Positions 12,650-24,103 of a DNA stretch of 32,982 bases are shown one piece after another; position 1 is the first letter of the stretch; each line of letters starts with the position of its first letter. The stretch is taken from contig CAJNYD010000014.1 in NCBI GenBank assembly GCA_905331295.1, positions 310,001 through 342,982 on the forward strand, read 5' to 3'. The position numbers were made by a program, and so were the translations under genes. This DNA comes from Rotaria socialis (lineage: Eukaryota). A model generated the notes under the pieces. The model was given only the letters and a program-made list of their open reading frames with translations. It made no database searches and was not told where the DNA came from.

Positions 12650-12895
12650 TAGACTTTCGAGTTTAATTACAATGTAAAATAGAATTCAATTAAATATCTA
12701 AGTGAACCATTGAAGAAAAGAAACGATCGATCGTTCGATCAACCTTAAAAAAAACATTTTTGCTCATCTGTACAACAGCAAAAATAAAGAAGAAGAAGAA
12801 GAAGAACAAAAGATTATTATGTATTATTGGCGTAAAGATATAACCACAGTCTCTTCAAGATGTAAACGCTTAATATTGAATATAGATGTCACATG

Positions 12896-13489
12896 TAGGG
12901 GTGCAATAGTTCAGCTCTAGTTCTGAGCGAGGAACTGTTCGAAAGTTCATTTCGGTAGGAACTGATTGTTTTGAACAGCTCCTTTCAAAAGAGCTGATCT
13001 GATCGAACAGCTCTCTCTCAAGAACTGATTGGCATTATGCCAAAAATACTATCCAAATCTATCCATATACTTCAACATTCGTATTAAATTGTTTCTCATA
13101 AATGCTTTAAATACCATTTCCAGACAGCGCTGAAAAACCTGTAAGTATCACTTCTGAAAAAATGATAGATAGTTAGAGTTACTAATAGTAAGTAGCTCTC
13201 GAAAAATTGTACTTACTATCTTTTAGTAATCTTTGAAAAGTTATAAAGAACTTCCGAAGATGACCCTTGAAAAATTGTATATGTTATTTAAAGTGAATTC
13301 AAGAAGATTTTGGGTAGTATTTTTGGCATAATGCCAATCAGTTCTTGAGAGAGAGAGAGAGAGCTGTTCGATCAGATCAGCTCTTTTTGAATGAGCTGTT
13401 CAAATCAATCAGCTCCTACCGAAAGAACGTTCGAACAGCTTTTTCCCTCAGCTTAGCTGAACTTTTGAGCTGGAGTTGATGCACCCCTA
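12896..13489. mobile_element. hAT-type foldback MITE with long (~155-175 bp) inverted arms
   Basis: Termini TAGGGGTGCA / TGCACCCCTA; 8-bp TSD GTCACATG at 12888-12895 and 13490-13497. Confidence 0.9.
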
Positions 13490-14213
13490 GTCACATGCAT
13501 ACGAAGTTTAACGATCTTAGCATTTTGTCTTACTAAATATATATCTATTTAATGGACTTGAAAAACTATTTAATTATGATTGTGATAATATCATTATAAT
13601 CAATTGACCAATTAATAAACAGTTCAAAAGGATATTAATTTTGTAACATATTTTCAAAGTTGTGAATGAATTCGATCAGAGCTTTCATCTGTTAAACGTG
13701 TTACAGAGAGCGATAGTGAGTTTCTGTTTCATTCAATAAAAAAAAATTGAATAGATAATATAGATATTATAAAGGATTTAAAATACCTGCTTGATTAATC
13801 TTTTTTTTAATATACGATTAAAATTTTCAGTAATTTCGTTTTTGAATAAAATATCCTTTCGAGTAAATATTTTCATAAAGATCATTCTTATTACATAAAC
13901 TATTCATTGTATCGATATTGATATTTTTGAATGATTGAGTAAAATATTCAAATCATCTATTGAATATTTCATTGAAAATAAATCTTATTGAAAAATCGTT
14001 CATGATCATTTTTATTTTTTTATCTATAATCAATTATGAATTTCTAAAATGTTTTATTTTCTTTGCAAATCATTTTGGCGAATATTATTCTTAAATGTTT
14101 CGGCCTTAAATTCGAATTTAGTTTTTAAAAAATGAAGAATGCAATTGAAATATTTGTTGATAGAATTTCAATTATTCAAACGTTCTTAGAATGATCTTAT
14201 TTTTAATCTTTTA

Positions 14214-14576
14214 TTAATTGTTATAAAAAATATCAACATAGAAGAGAAAAATAAATTGTCGTTTAACGAAAATATCTGATAAAATATCGAAATAAGCTTG
14301 AATAGCATAATGATCTGAACAATAACGTTTTATTCCTGGTAATTCTTCGAAAACTTCAAGTTCAGAATAGACTGGTTTAAATTGTTTTGTATTCTGATTT
14401 GATGGACGAAAGTAAAGACGATCAAAACGTGCTCGAGGTCGATAAGTATCAAATGGATAAAAAAAAAAACATTTGTATTCCGATTCATATCCCATGTATA
14501 TGCACATTCTTTGCGTTTGCCTGTTTCAATCGAAAGATCGCCAATGCGTGTTGGAGTATTACCGACTTGTTGTAGC
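14214..14576 (-). pseudogene. Degenerate coding fragment of unknown family
   Basis: Acceptor ttttag near 14577, then a protein-like frame YSNTHWRSFD*NRQTQRMCIYMGYESEYKCFFFYPFDTYRPRARFDRLYFRP with in-frame stops. Confidence 0.35.
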
Positions 14577-14632
14577 TAAAATAAAATAGACATTGGATTT
14601 TAGTAAAATATCTTAACAATCAATAATGCGTT

Positions 14633-14692
14633 GGGTGTGGGGTGGTTGTGAGTCTTCCTCTCATTCGTATCTACACGCACACCCACACACCC
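14633..14692. repeat. Telomere-like inverted-repeat hairpin A
   Basis: gggtgtggggtgg...cacgcacacccacacaccc. Confidence 0.7.
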
Positions 14693-15448
14693 TTTAGTCC
14701 TGCCCTGCCCTGCAAATTCAGAAGAATTGTTTTCATGTTTAACTTTAAGTTTAAGTGATTTTCTTAATTTGAAATATAATTAAACAAATAGACGAATGAT
14801 TAGCAAATAATAAATTATTCCTAATTGAAGAAGTATATATGATGAAGATACACCACCACTGGTGATCCGCAGTAAATATATTTAATGAAGAGAATAAAAA
14901 CTTCATTTTCATCTCCAGCAGAGACAAATAATATATCAATACATGAATCTATCGACGATGATAGCGATGTATAGTTTTATTGAAATAATACGATGAGCAA
15001 CTATTACGATTATAAATATATGTGTACTATTATGATTTCTTTATTATTTTCCTACCACTTTGATTGAGCCTTACGGTCATCATATACAAACATAAATATA
15101 ATGAAATAATCTATTTACCAATTTATAACACCATCTGACTTTTTTTAGTTTCTTTCACGCTTCCGAGAAAAATAAAATTTCTGCTATTTTCGAATTAAAG
15201 TAAGTATATGCAGAATTTGCAGGGCATGGAGGTATAGCCCTGCCCTGCAATTTCCCTCTTTCCGTCGTACCCTGTACACAGCAGAGCATTTTTGAATTTC
15301 TGCCCTGTGGGCATCTCTGATGTTTTTTGCACTTTGTGGTCGAGTGAAACTAAAATGTCGTCTAGTTCTTCTCGTGTTTTTTGTTACAATATTTCATAAA
15401 TGAAAAATATTTAGTTGTCTCGACGTATTTTACTGTTATTGGAACAAT

Positions 15449-15712
15449 TTACAGGAAAGGAAAATATTGGTGATAATTTTCTGGACGATCAAATGGTTCA
15501 CATACATCAAAACTTTTCAATTTATCGAAATAAAAATGTGTTGCATCATTGGTAAAATTATTTGTTATTGTTGTCAGTGATTTGTATTCCACGGAGAGAT
15601 TTAACAAACGAGGTAGATGAATATTCTTTTTCAAGAGAAACAATTCTGCTTAGCCAACAGTTGTCAGTGTGAGATCAAGACATGTGAGATAAGGAAATGT
15701 AATTAATGTTGA
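15449..15712 (-). pseudogene. C-terminal fragment of an F-box/LRR-like gene family expanded in bdelloids
   Basis: STLITFPYLTCLDLTLTTVG*AELFLLKKNIHLPRLLNLSVEYKSLTTITNNFTNDAT...NYHQYFPFL*, with an internal stop. The frame begins abruptly at hairpin B. Family recognised from memory. Confidence 0.6.
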
Positions 15713-15800
15713 GGGTGCGGGTGTGAGTGAAGGTATATTTATTATTCACACTGACACCCGCACCACCCACCCACTCCCACACCCACAGCCACCCACACCC
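15713..15800. repeat. Telomere-like inverted-repeat hairpin B
   Basis: gggtgcgggtgtgagtg-aaggtatatttattatt-cacactgacacccgcacc..cacaccc; spacer shared with hairpin F. Confidence 0.75.
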
Positions 15801-17033
15801 TTCGTCTTTGAAATTCGTTCTCTGGTCGTTTTCTCTATAAAACCAAGAGAACGGTGTTGCAACTTAACCAAATAATAATTCGAAAATTACTTTACACTCC
15901 GGAGCTCAGTCCTATCGTTTTTATTGGACGTCGGATACAATTTATTCGTTACAGCGCAGTACTCCAGGAAAATTCCTTCCTTTCCTTCTTTTTTTGAATT
16001 TTCTTCTTTTTGGTACCTCCCTGCTGCGATCCCTGGATGTTACTTTATACGGAAGTTGTTTGATTAAAACAGTTACGTTATTTAGTGAAAAATAATTATC
16101 AATTGATTCATCACAAGATCAAACAATAAACTGTATATATGAATTCCCTCAGTATATGAAAATAACAAAATAGCTGAGTACAATACATTCAAGTCAAGAA
16201 AAATAGATTCAATCAGTTACATATACAATATATCCTGATTCGTTTTTGATAGCTGAACTGCATCGCTTCAAATTGAAATTTGCAATCGAAGAAAGTTCGA
16301 ATGCTCTCTACTATTTTTACGGAGTTAATGTATTTATTGAGCGTTTACTAATTATGATGATATTTCAACAAACTCCAGATCAGGATGGTTACTCCATGAA
16401 TTGTATGAAGAAAAGGATTAACTGTCGAAATTGAGATAAATGAAAGATTCAAGATAGAAGATAAATTACATATAAAGGATATAAAAAATCGCACGTATTG
16501 TGCCTTACCAATTTTTCACATAACACACCTAATGTGTCTCAATAGTTAAAATGAAAATAATTTGGAGAATTCTGTTTGCTGTACTGTTTGTCGACGAAAG
16601 TTGTTGTGCTGAGTTTTCTCGAAGAAATGGTTTGCTTTACAACATGACAAGGCTTTTTCTAATGCCGTTTCTACTGATCTTGCTTCCGCCTTCTTTTTAA
16701 TTCATTTTTTTTCAAAAATTTTTCATAGATGCCCTCTCTTGAGAAGGATTCTACATATAGCAACATTAAAAACTTCACAGCAATAATGCATGACGATTTA
16801 TAAGTAAGAGTGCAAGGATATCAAAGCGAAAACCTTCTATTTATCTGAGAATTTCTTTAGTTTTTGTTATTGCTGCTCCATGTTTCGAACATTTGGGTGT
16901 CAGTAAAATTATGAATTGGTTATTCAACAATAAGATGAACACAAAGAACAATGACACTTCGATCATCTCAAATGAGCATTGAAGAAGCAACACATTAACC
17001 GTAAAATAATATATTTTTTCTTTTTACCGAATA

Positions 17034-17145
17034 CAGTCTAGAATGTCCTTTCAAAAAATGTCCTCGGACGAAATGTCCTTCATTTTTTCGTTCTTTCATG
17101 TATATTTATATGTAAGGACGGAAACGAAAAGGACACTCTAGACTG
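17034..17145. mobile_element. Small Tc1/pogo-like MITE
   Basis: TIRs cagtctagaatgtccttt / aaaggacactctagactg; TA on the left flank. Confidence 0.7.
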
Positions 17146-17861
17146 TTACCTTTTTACCTTTGTTTAGTTAATAATTCAATTAGTGCGGAAAACGCAGCAC
17201 AACTTTAGTTAATGTATATTTAAAGAAACGCAGCTGAATGTTTTTAAATTGGAATGATCTTTTTGCGTTGATTTTATGTTGTTGTCAATTAGAGTTATTT
17301 TTCATCTGGCGTCGTTCGCTTATTTTTTTCTCCAATGATTCGTTTACTTTGCAGAATGACAATGCTTTTATTCCGCTACTGTTTGCTTTGCGTCTTGTTT
17401 TTATTTCTTTGAAATCTTTTTGATCATACCAACTTTCGAGAAGGAATTCACATAGTAACATAAAAACATAAAAAAGAATGGATTACGTCTCATGACAAGC
17501 AAGCTAAAAAGATCCAACTGCAATTCAATGCAATGTTTTATTAGAGATAATACACAGATAGATCATTGCTAGAGAATAAGTTGATAATTTTATTAAGTCT
17601 AATCTATTTACCCACTGTCTGATAGCGACATTAAAAACTTTAATTTCATAAAGCATCATGTAGATCCTAATATTTGACTTCTAAATCACGTTGAAAATTT
17701 CCATGAATATCTTTCGTCGACACGTTGATTAGTTATTAAATCAAGCTATTTACTAGAAGAAATTATTAAACGACTAAATCCATGTTACATGCACTACGTG
17801 TTGGATTTTGGCAAAGAATCGACCTTGAATGAAAGGACAATAAGACAGTTAAGATTAAACA

Positions 17862-17913
17862 GGGTGTGGCTGTGGCTGTGATATTGGGTGGATTCAACAC
17901 CCACACCCCACAC
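17862..17913. repeat. Telomere-like inverted-repeat hairpin C
   Basis: gggtgtggctgtggctgtg...acacccacaccccacac. Confidence 0.7.
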
Positions 17914-17992
17914 ATTCAATTAAATATGGCTCACTTGAGACAACGATGACGATCAACCACAACTAAAACTAAACGCCGCATAATAGTATATA

Positions 17993-18170
17993 CAGGGCTG
18001 GCCCGAACTAGGGTTGTTGGGGTTGTGACAACCCCCCAATAATCGCGATGCAACCCCAAATTTTAATTAAATGTATCCATATAAAAAATTTTCATTTATA
18101 GTTTACCTGCAACAACCCCCCAAAAATCTCTGAACAACCCCCCAATATTGACTGAGTCGGACCAGTCCTG
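17993..18170. mobile_element. hAT-type MITE
   Basis: TIRs cagggctggcccga / tcggaccagtcctg; 8-bp TSD AGTATATA at 17985-17992 and 18171-18178. Confidence 0.9.
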
Positions 18171-18783
18171 AGTATATACATCGATTTTATGACTAGTATA
18201 AATTGTATAACTAGACTTAAGAATTTTAAAATATTCAACAGTTCTTTTTTATGATTCTCATTATATGAAAACCAATATAATTGTGCATTTGAATTTCTTT
18301 AGTTTTAAATAATGTGGCTTTTGTGTGTGTCATATCAAAAATTGAAAATATTTTATGATCTTTTGTTAATGAAAGGACATTCTTTCTCATGTATTCGATA
18401 GTAGCGCATAAACAATCATTGACATTCATCTTGCTTGTCAATAACATATTTAAGTAAAACAAAAAGCAAATATTTGTTGTCATATGTTGCATACAATTCA
18501 GATATTCGATGTAATCTCTACGCGTCTTGATAAGATTATCATTTGATTATTCAAGATTATCAAACTAAGTACTTTCGGATGTTCCTCTCAAAGTAGTATG
18601 TTGTTCTCGTTTGCTAGTTATAAAATACGAGGAAAATATAGTATTGTGAAGTGATTCGTTTGATTATATGTCTTTGACTAATGAACAAATACCAGCTTGA
18701 TTTCCTAGAAAAATGAAAATAAAAGAGAATTTTCGAGCACTATCGATGCCTATAACAGTTTATCATTTTATTGAATGTTAATA

Positions 18784-19710
18784 TCGGGTCCACCATAAGG
18801 AATGGCGGTCTCAGTATTTTGTGAATATCTCACGCAGCTTTTATCGCCCAGACTTCGTCTTTTATTAAAAAGATTCCGCATTCAGTTCTCTACAAAATCA
18901 CAGGAAAAGAGTTTATACAAAATGTAAGTGTGAAACCCTATGTGGTGAATACTCGTACGTGGTGAAAAGACCCCTTTTCAAATGCTCATTTTCGCAATAT
19001 TAATTTTCTTTCTTCCTCTGGCTACTCAGGCGTCGAACCATTGAGATCCACATTTCTTGCTGTTTGCAAGCATCCTCTTTCTCATAGCACTCGAGACGAG
19101 TCGCTTGTATAAGACCAAGCGATTCCAGGGTTAGTTAGCCTTGAAAAGCGAGTTGGAATAATTGAACATTTTTTTCTCATACACAATGTGTTGCCAAAAC
19201 GAAGTGTAGGCCAATTAAGCTATTCGACTAGTATAGAAAAAGCATTGTTCTTCGAACTCGGAAAAATTTGACCATATAAAGTTATGTTGTGACCTTACCA
19301 CATGAAGTTCACGATGAAGTCTCATGGCGAGTTCGAAAAACAGGAACGTCACAACAGAAGAGAAAGCTTCTATTCATGCACGTTTCAAAGTTTGAATTTT
19401 TCAATCACCGCCCGGCTGATAGGCTTTTTCAAGAGCTACAAAATGGCATCTTCAATTTTTCTATATCAACTCCTACACCAGCGTGAATGCAACAAAACGA
19501 AAAGAAACATCTTTGAAAGCGGACCGTTTCAGAGCATACCAGTGTTTACCACAGAGGGTTTCACGCCTAAATCTTGTGTAAACTCCCCTCATACGATTTT
19601 GTAGAGAACTGAATGCGGAAGCTTTTTAATAAACGACGAAATCTGGGCGATAAAAGCTGCGCGAGATATTCACAAAATACTGAGACCGCCATTCTTTATG
19701 GTCGACCCGA
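18784..19710. mobile_element. Non-autonomous Tc1/mariner-type DNA transposon with ~116-bp TIRs
   Basis: 18784-18899 is a near-perfect inverted copy of 19595-19710. TA on both flanks. No transposase ORF inside. Confidence 0.88.
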
Positions 19711-19809
19711 TAGATTGATAGTGAGCTAGAATAAATAGTATGTAAGATTAATGACTCAATAGGTCAAACCTATATAATCAATAGGCAAGATATCTCGATT
19801 TGATACAAG

Positions 19810-20084
19810 ATGAGATTTATGCTGCATCGATCCCTTCTATTACTCTACTTAGTGGGTATTACTTCAAGTGATATTCAATTCCTTGTTGTTGATCTCCATT
19901 AAAGGTAATAGATTTTTCTAATCTGCGTAAATGAAATTGAGCGTCACTAATACATTATTTCAATATAATCTCTGATCATAAGTAGAATACAGTTAGATAA
20001 GTCCATAGAAGCTTTTAGGGAGAACGTTCACCACCAAATACAATATGGCCACATCCTCAAGAAATGCATGTTGCCAATGAATTG
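19810..20084 (+). pseudogene. 5' fragment of a secreted protein resembling the GH20 beta-hexosaminidase N-terminus
   Basis: Signal-peptide-like MRFMLHRSLLLLYLVGITSS, a frameshift, an intron, then GERSPPNTIWPHPQEMHVANEL (WPxPQ motif). It ends at hairpin D. Confidence 0.45.
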
Positions 20085-20089
20085 GGTAA

Positions 20090-20165
20090 GGGTGTGGGTG
20101 TGCGCAGAAGGTTTCTAGATTTCGTTATCCATAAGACACCCACGCCACACCCCACACTCACACCC
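20090..20165. repeat. Telomere-like inverted-repeat hairpin D
   Basis: gggtgtgggtgtgcgcagaaggtttctagatttcgttatcc..acacccac..cacaccc; 41/42 identical to the reverse complement of hairpin E. Confidence 0.8.
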
Positions 20166-20299
20166 TAAAAAAATGTGTTCATTTTTATAAGAAGCTCAAA
20201 CAATAATCGATAAATGTGCTAGCATTATGTCTTTGTGACGTCTGTTTATAAAAACACATTTCAAAAACAAATTAAACTAAATTATTGTTAGATTAGCTG

Positions 20300-20483
20300 T
20301 AGGGATGGGACTTTAACTTTTCTTTAAAATTAAAGTTAAAGTGTACCTACTTTAACTTTGAATTTAAAGTGAAGTGAAAATAAGGGTATTTTAGACTTTA
20401 ACTTCAATAAAAGTTAAAGTTTAAAGTTTAATTTAACTTTTACTACTTTCTTAAAGTATTTTAAAGTTAAAGTGTTGCCCCTA
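20300..20483. mobile_element. hAT-type MITE with internal tttaactt/aagttaaa motifs
   Basis: TAGGG...CCCTA termini; 8-bp TSD ATTAGCTG at 20292-20299 and 20484-20491. Confidence 0.85.
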
Positions 20484-20549
20484 ATTAGCTGTTCTAACTT
20501 CTACTGGAAATGGCGCTTTTACACACTGAAACAAAAGTCTTTATATATC

Positions 20550-20828
20550 CTCAGGTCGATCGTTCCGGCCACCGGATACTGCAGGAAAGAGCCGGAAAAA
20601 CCTCCGATTCCCACAGGAAAACACCGGAAATCAACGGAACGTGGAAGTAGTATTCCGGCCCGAAATTTTTCGGACATTTTCCGGATGACTTTCGGCCAGT
20701 TCCTGTCGGAAAGAACAGGAATTCTCCGGAAAAAAAGTTCGAAATTTTTCCGGCGGGAATACTGCTTCCACGTTCCGTTGATTTCCGGTGTTTTCCTGTG
20801 GAAACTGGTCCGTACTCTTCGACCTGGG
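20550..20828. mobile_element. Palindromic MITE of the C(T/C)CAGG...CCTGGG type (CMC/EnSpm-like, 2-bp TSD)
   Basis: Termini ctcaggtcga / tcgacctggg. Internal inverted arms ~20608-20673 and ~20738-20803. TC on both flanks. GC-rich relative to surroundings. Confidence 0.75.
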
Positions 20829-20910
20829 TCGTATTGTAGTGTACAGTTCAGTTCTTTACTCTGTTAAGTTACTGAGTTATGGCAACGTCACTGTCTAAAA
20901 CAAGTGGGTA

Positions 20911-21112
20911 CACCTAGGGGGAAACAGCAGACTTTTGCACTTCAAGTTACTTTCAGCTACTTTAAGCTACTTTAAGCTACTTCAAGTAGTTTACTTTGAA
21001 GTACTTGAGATTACTTCAGCTACTTGGTCCTACTTTGAACTACTTCAAGCAGTCTACTTTGATGTACTTTGACGTACTTTTCTACTTCAAGTCTGCCGTT
21101 TCCCCCTTGGGG
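20911..21112. mobile_element. MITE with an internal ~10-bp ctacttcaag-type tandem array
   Basis: TIRs cacctagggggaaacagcagactt / aagtctgccgtttcccccttgggg; TA on both flanks. Confidence 0.8.
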
Positions 21113-21211
21113 TACGCTATCAATGAACCACTTGCAGACTATCCCAACACATAAATATTGATTTTGTATCTCTTTCTCTAAACGATTCAGATATATTTTT
21201 AATCATATACG

Positions 21212-23601
21212 ATGACAACCGTTGAAAAAAACATAGAAGAACTACGACTACAAAAAGCTATTCGTCGATTAATCAAAAAACTTGATAAACGTTTGATTCC
21301 TTTTCTCATGTTACTAGAATTTTCTGCGTTCGGCTCTGAAATGATTACAGGTATTCTTGATATTTTTCTGATTGCAATTTTCCGAATGATGGCATGTTTT
21401 TAGGGCATACAGAACTAACCACATTGAAAGCTGACCTCAACTTATCTCCAGAAGAAGAGAGTTTGGGCGTTACTTTGTTATATGCAGCCTATGTAAGTTA
21501 ACATGAAGTCTCTTTTATCCTAAACACAAGCCATGCTTGTCGATTGAACGAAGTAGTATTGAAAACTAAACTTGAGAATTCATTGAAAAATTCGTGTCAG
21601 ATGATAAGCCAATATATATTGAAAACAACACTTTCTTTTTGCCGAATTAATTAACAATATTTTAGAGAAGTAAGGAACAAAGTAATCAACTTGATTACGT
21701 TCCTGAAGTCTCTGAAATTAACACACAATATTTTGAATACAGCATGCATTTCTGGAAGAAATGGATATCGTCTTCAATTTCCCATTGAAAAAGACTCGAA
21801 ACTTTTGCGTCAAGTTCATGGTGTTTGTTATTTCTAAAATATTTTTTATAAAAAATGATGACCAAATATTGTGGTTGAAGATAATTCATTGTTTCGCCCT
21901 CAGTCTTTTGCGCTCCGGTCGCATATTTTCGGTCATTATGACGATAGGGGTCTCTTCTATCCTATTTTCACTAACAATATTAATTTATCATTTATTTCTG
22001 GATTATGCTCTCGGTAAATTTATTCTCTTTTTATATTTTATTTTGAGGCACTATTTGGAATTCCTAGTTTTATTCTATTACGTTTTCTGGGTACGAAAAT
22101 TTACTTATCACTATGCATGATCTTATGGGGAGCAATTATGATTGGTACGGCTTTTGTAAGAAATGTAAAACAATTGTTTGTTGTCCGTTTTCTTCTGGTA
22201 AAGTAATTCGGAAGTAGAAACATAATGATATTCTCTAATTTAAATTTTGAAGGGGATGGTCATATCAGCACATTTTTCTGGTCTTACCATTTATCTTTCT
22301 CTATGGTACCGAAAAGCTGAGCAAACAATGAGAATCTCGTTCTTCCATGCAGGTGCTATTCTTGGTTGTAGTTTCGGAGCGATCATGGCAAGTATTGTTT
22401 TGAAATCATTAATTTTGATTCTTTTTTTAAATAACTTTGAATATGTGTTTTACCCCTTGAAGTGAACTCAATAGAAAATAAATTAAAAAATATGTTTCTT
22501 ATCGTAGTCATACGGAATCACTAAAATCAGCAGTATTGTTGGTCTGAAAGACTGGCAATGGATCTTCATGTTTGAGGGTTTACCCATAACTGTACTGGGT
22601 ATTATTATTTACATTTTTCTCGGCAACATCCCAGAAACTGTCCAATGTAAAAATACAAACTAAAAGTGAAAATAATTTTGAATTTTCTTTTGGGAATTAA
22701 GGGTTAAACAATTGCGAGAAAGAACTTCTGACAAATATTCTTCGAGAGGATGCGGGTAAGGCAAATGGCGAACCGAATTCTGATTCTTGGATTTCATGGC
22801 GACAAGTAAAATATGCGCTTACTGATCGACGAATTTATCTTCACATGTTAATCGGCATTGGCAATGTGACTCCTATTTTATGTTTTACGTTAGCCCTACC
22901 GTCATTGCTTCATGGTATCAACGCATCGGCGCCTTTAACTCATTTGATGGTAGCACCTATGTATGTTATTGCTTGTGCATCTTGTTTAGTGGGAAGTTAT
23001 TCATCGTCACTTCATAATGAACACGGTTTACATACTGCCACCTGTTTATTTATTTCTTTGATTGGTTTCATTATACTGATATTCGTAGGCGATCAGAGTA
23101 AAATAGCAATCTATATCAGCAGCTGCATTGCTTGTTGTGGTATGTATACAGCATTTCCAATAGCCTTAAGTTGGTTGACGAAAAATGTTGGTGGTCATAC
23201 GAAACGAGCCATGGCTATCTGTTGTGTCCATGCTGTAGATCATTTAGGTGGAGTTTTAAAATTTGTAGTGAGTACTTGAGAGTTTTTAACATAATTCGAG
23301 AATTAAAATTAAAAGAAAACATTGGTTTTCCCAAGGTATATCCTGAAGTTGATAAGCCAATTTATCGAAAAGGACATTCGATTTGTGCAGGAGTCACTGC
23401 AGTTGCTTTGTTGAGTACTTTTATTTTACGTCGAAGCATGATGAAAGAAAACCAACGACGACAATTTCTATCAGTAGATGAATATCGTAGAGAAGTAGCT
23501 GTTGAAGAGCCATGCGACAAAGTAAAACTGATGCCATATTTAAAAGAAAAAAATCATTTTTTGTTTTATTTTAGCATCCAGATTTTCGATACGTGCTATA
23601 A
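21212..23601 (+). CDS. MFS transporter of the anion:cation symporter (Dal5/Tna1-like) family. Exons 21212-21350, 21404-21492, 22048-22197, 22253-22387, 22508-22646, 22702-23267, 23336-23521, 23575-23601.
   Basis: RRLIKKLDKRLIPFL, VRFLLG, YLSLWYRKAEQTMRISFF, GLKDWQWIFMFEG, SWLTKNVGGHTKRA, YRKGH and C-terminal HPDFRYVL*. All splice phases are consistent, including one GC-AG intron at 22388. Confidence 0.9.
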
Positions 23602-24103
23602 AACTGAAGATGAAAAACACTAGATATCATGTTATATTACTGAAATATTAAAATAAAAATAAATAGTCTTACTGAAAAGGACTCATCCGATTTATCGAAA
23701 ATACAAATAGTGCTATATATCCACTAGAATTTTAATTTCAAATTTTTTCCGCACTTCAGGTCGTTTTCTTTCATTCTTCGGACAATCGGCTTTAAGCAAT
23801 ACGAGAAGCATAAGTATTCACTAATCCTTTCTACTTGCATTTTCAGTGAATATGAAAAAAAGAATAAGAATGCGATCTATTCCGTTAGATAAAGCTTATA
23901 AAATTATCTGTTCCGAAACTGAAGACAAATGCATTGTGTTTGAATAAATGGAGTTTGGACAAGCCTAAAACCACTACCGTTTCAGAAAAAACATACCGTA
24001 TCGACTTTAAATGGCGTTGCTTTTCAGATGAATCATTACTCATCATACACAGTTTTCAATTGTCATACTAGTCTTTGATTTATATACTACTGAAACAAAA
24101 GTC

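Noticed and set aside
16200..18720. Protein-like stretches with many stops
   Set aside because: Probably more decayed genes, but no family could be recognised by eye.
19289..19604. ORFs inside the TA-flanked transposon
   Set aside because: No DDE/D or HTH motif recognisable.
20472..20867. 131-aa ORF
   Set aside because: Lies across a palindromic MITE and has no protein motif.
21761..22120. 119-aa hydrophobic ORF
   Set aside because: Mostly MFS intron 2 and out of frame with exon 3.
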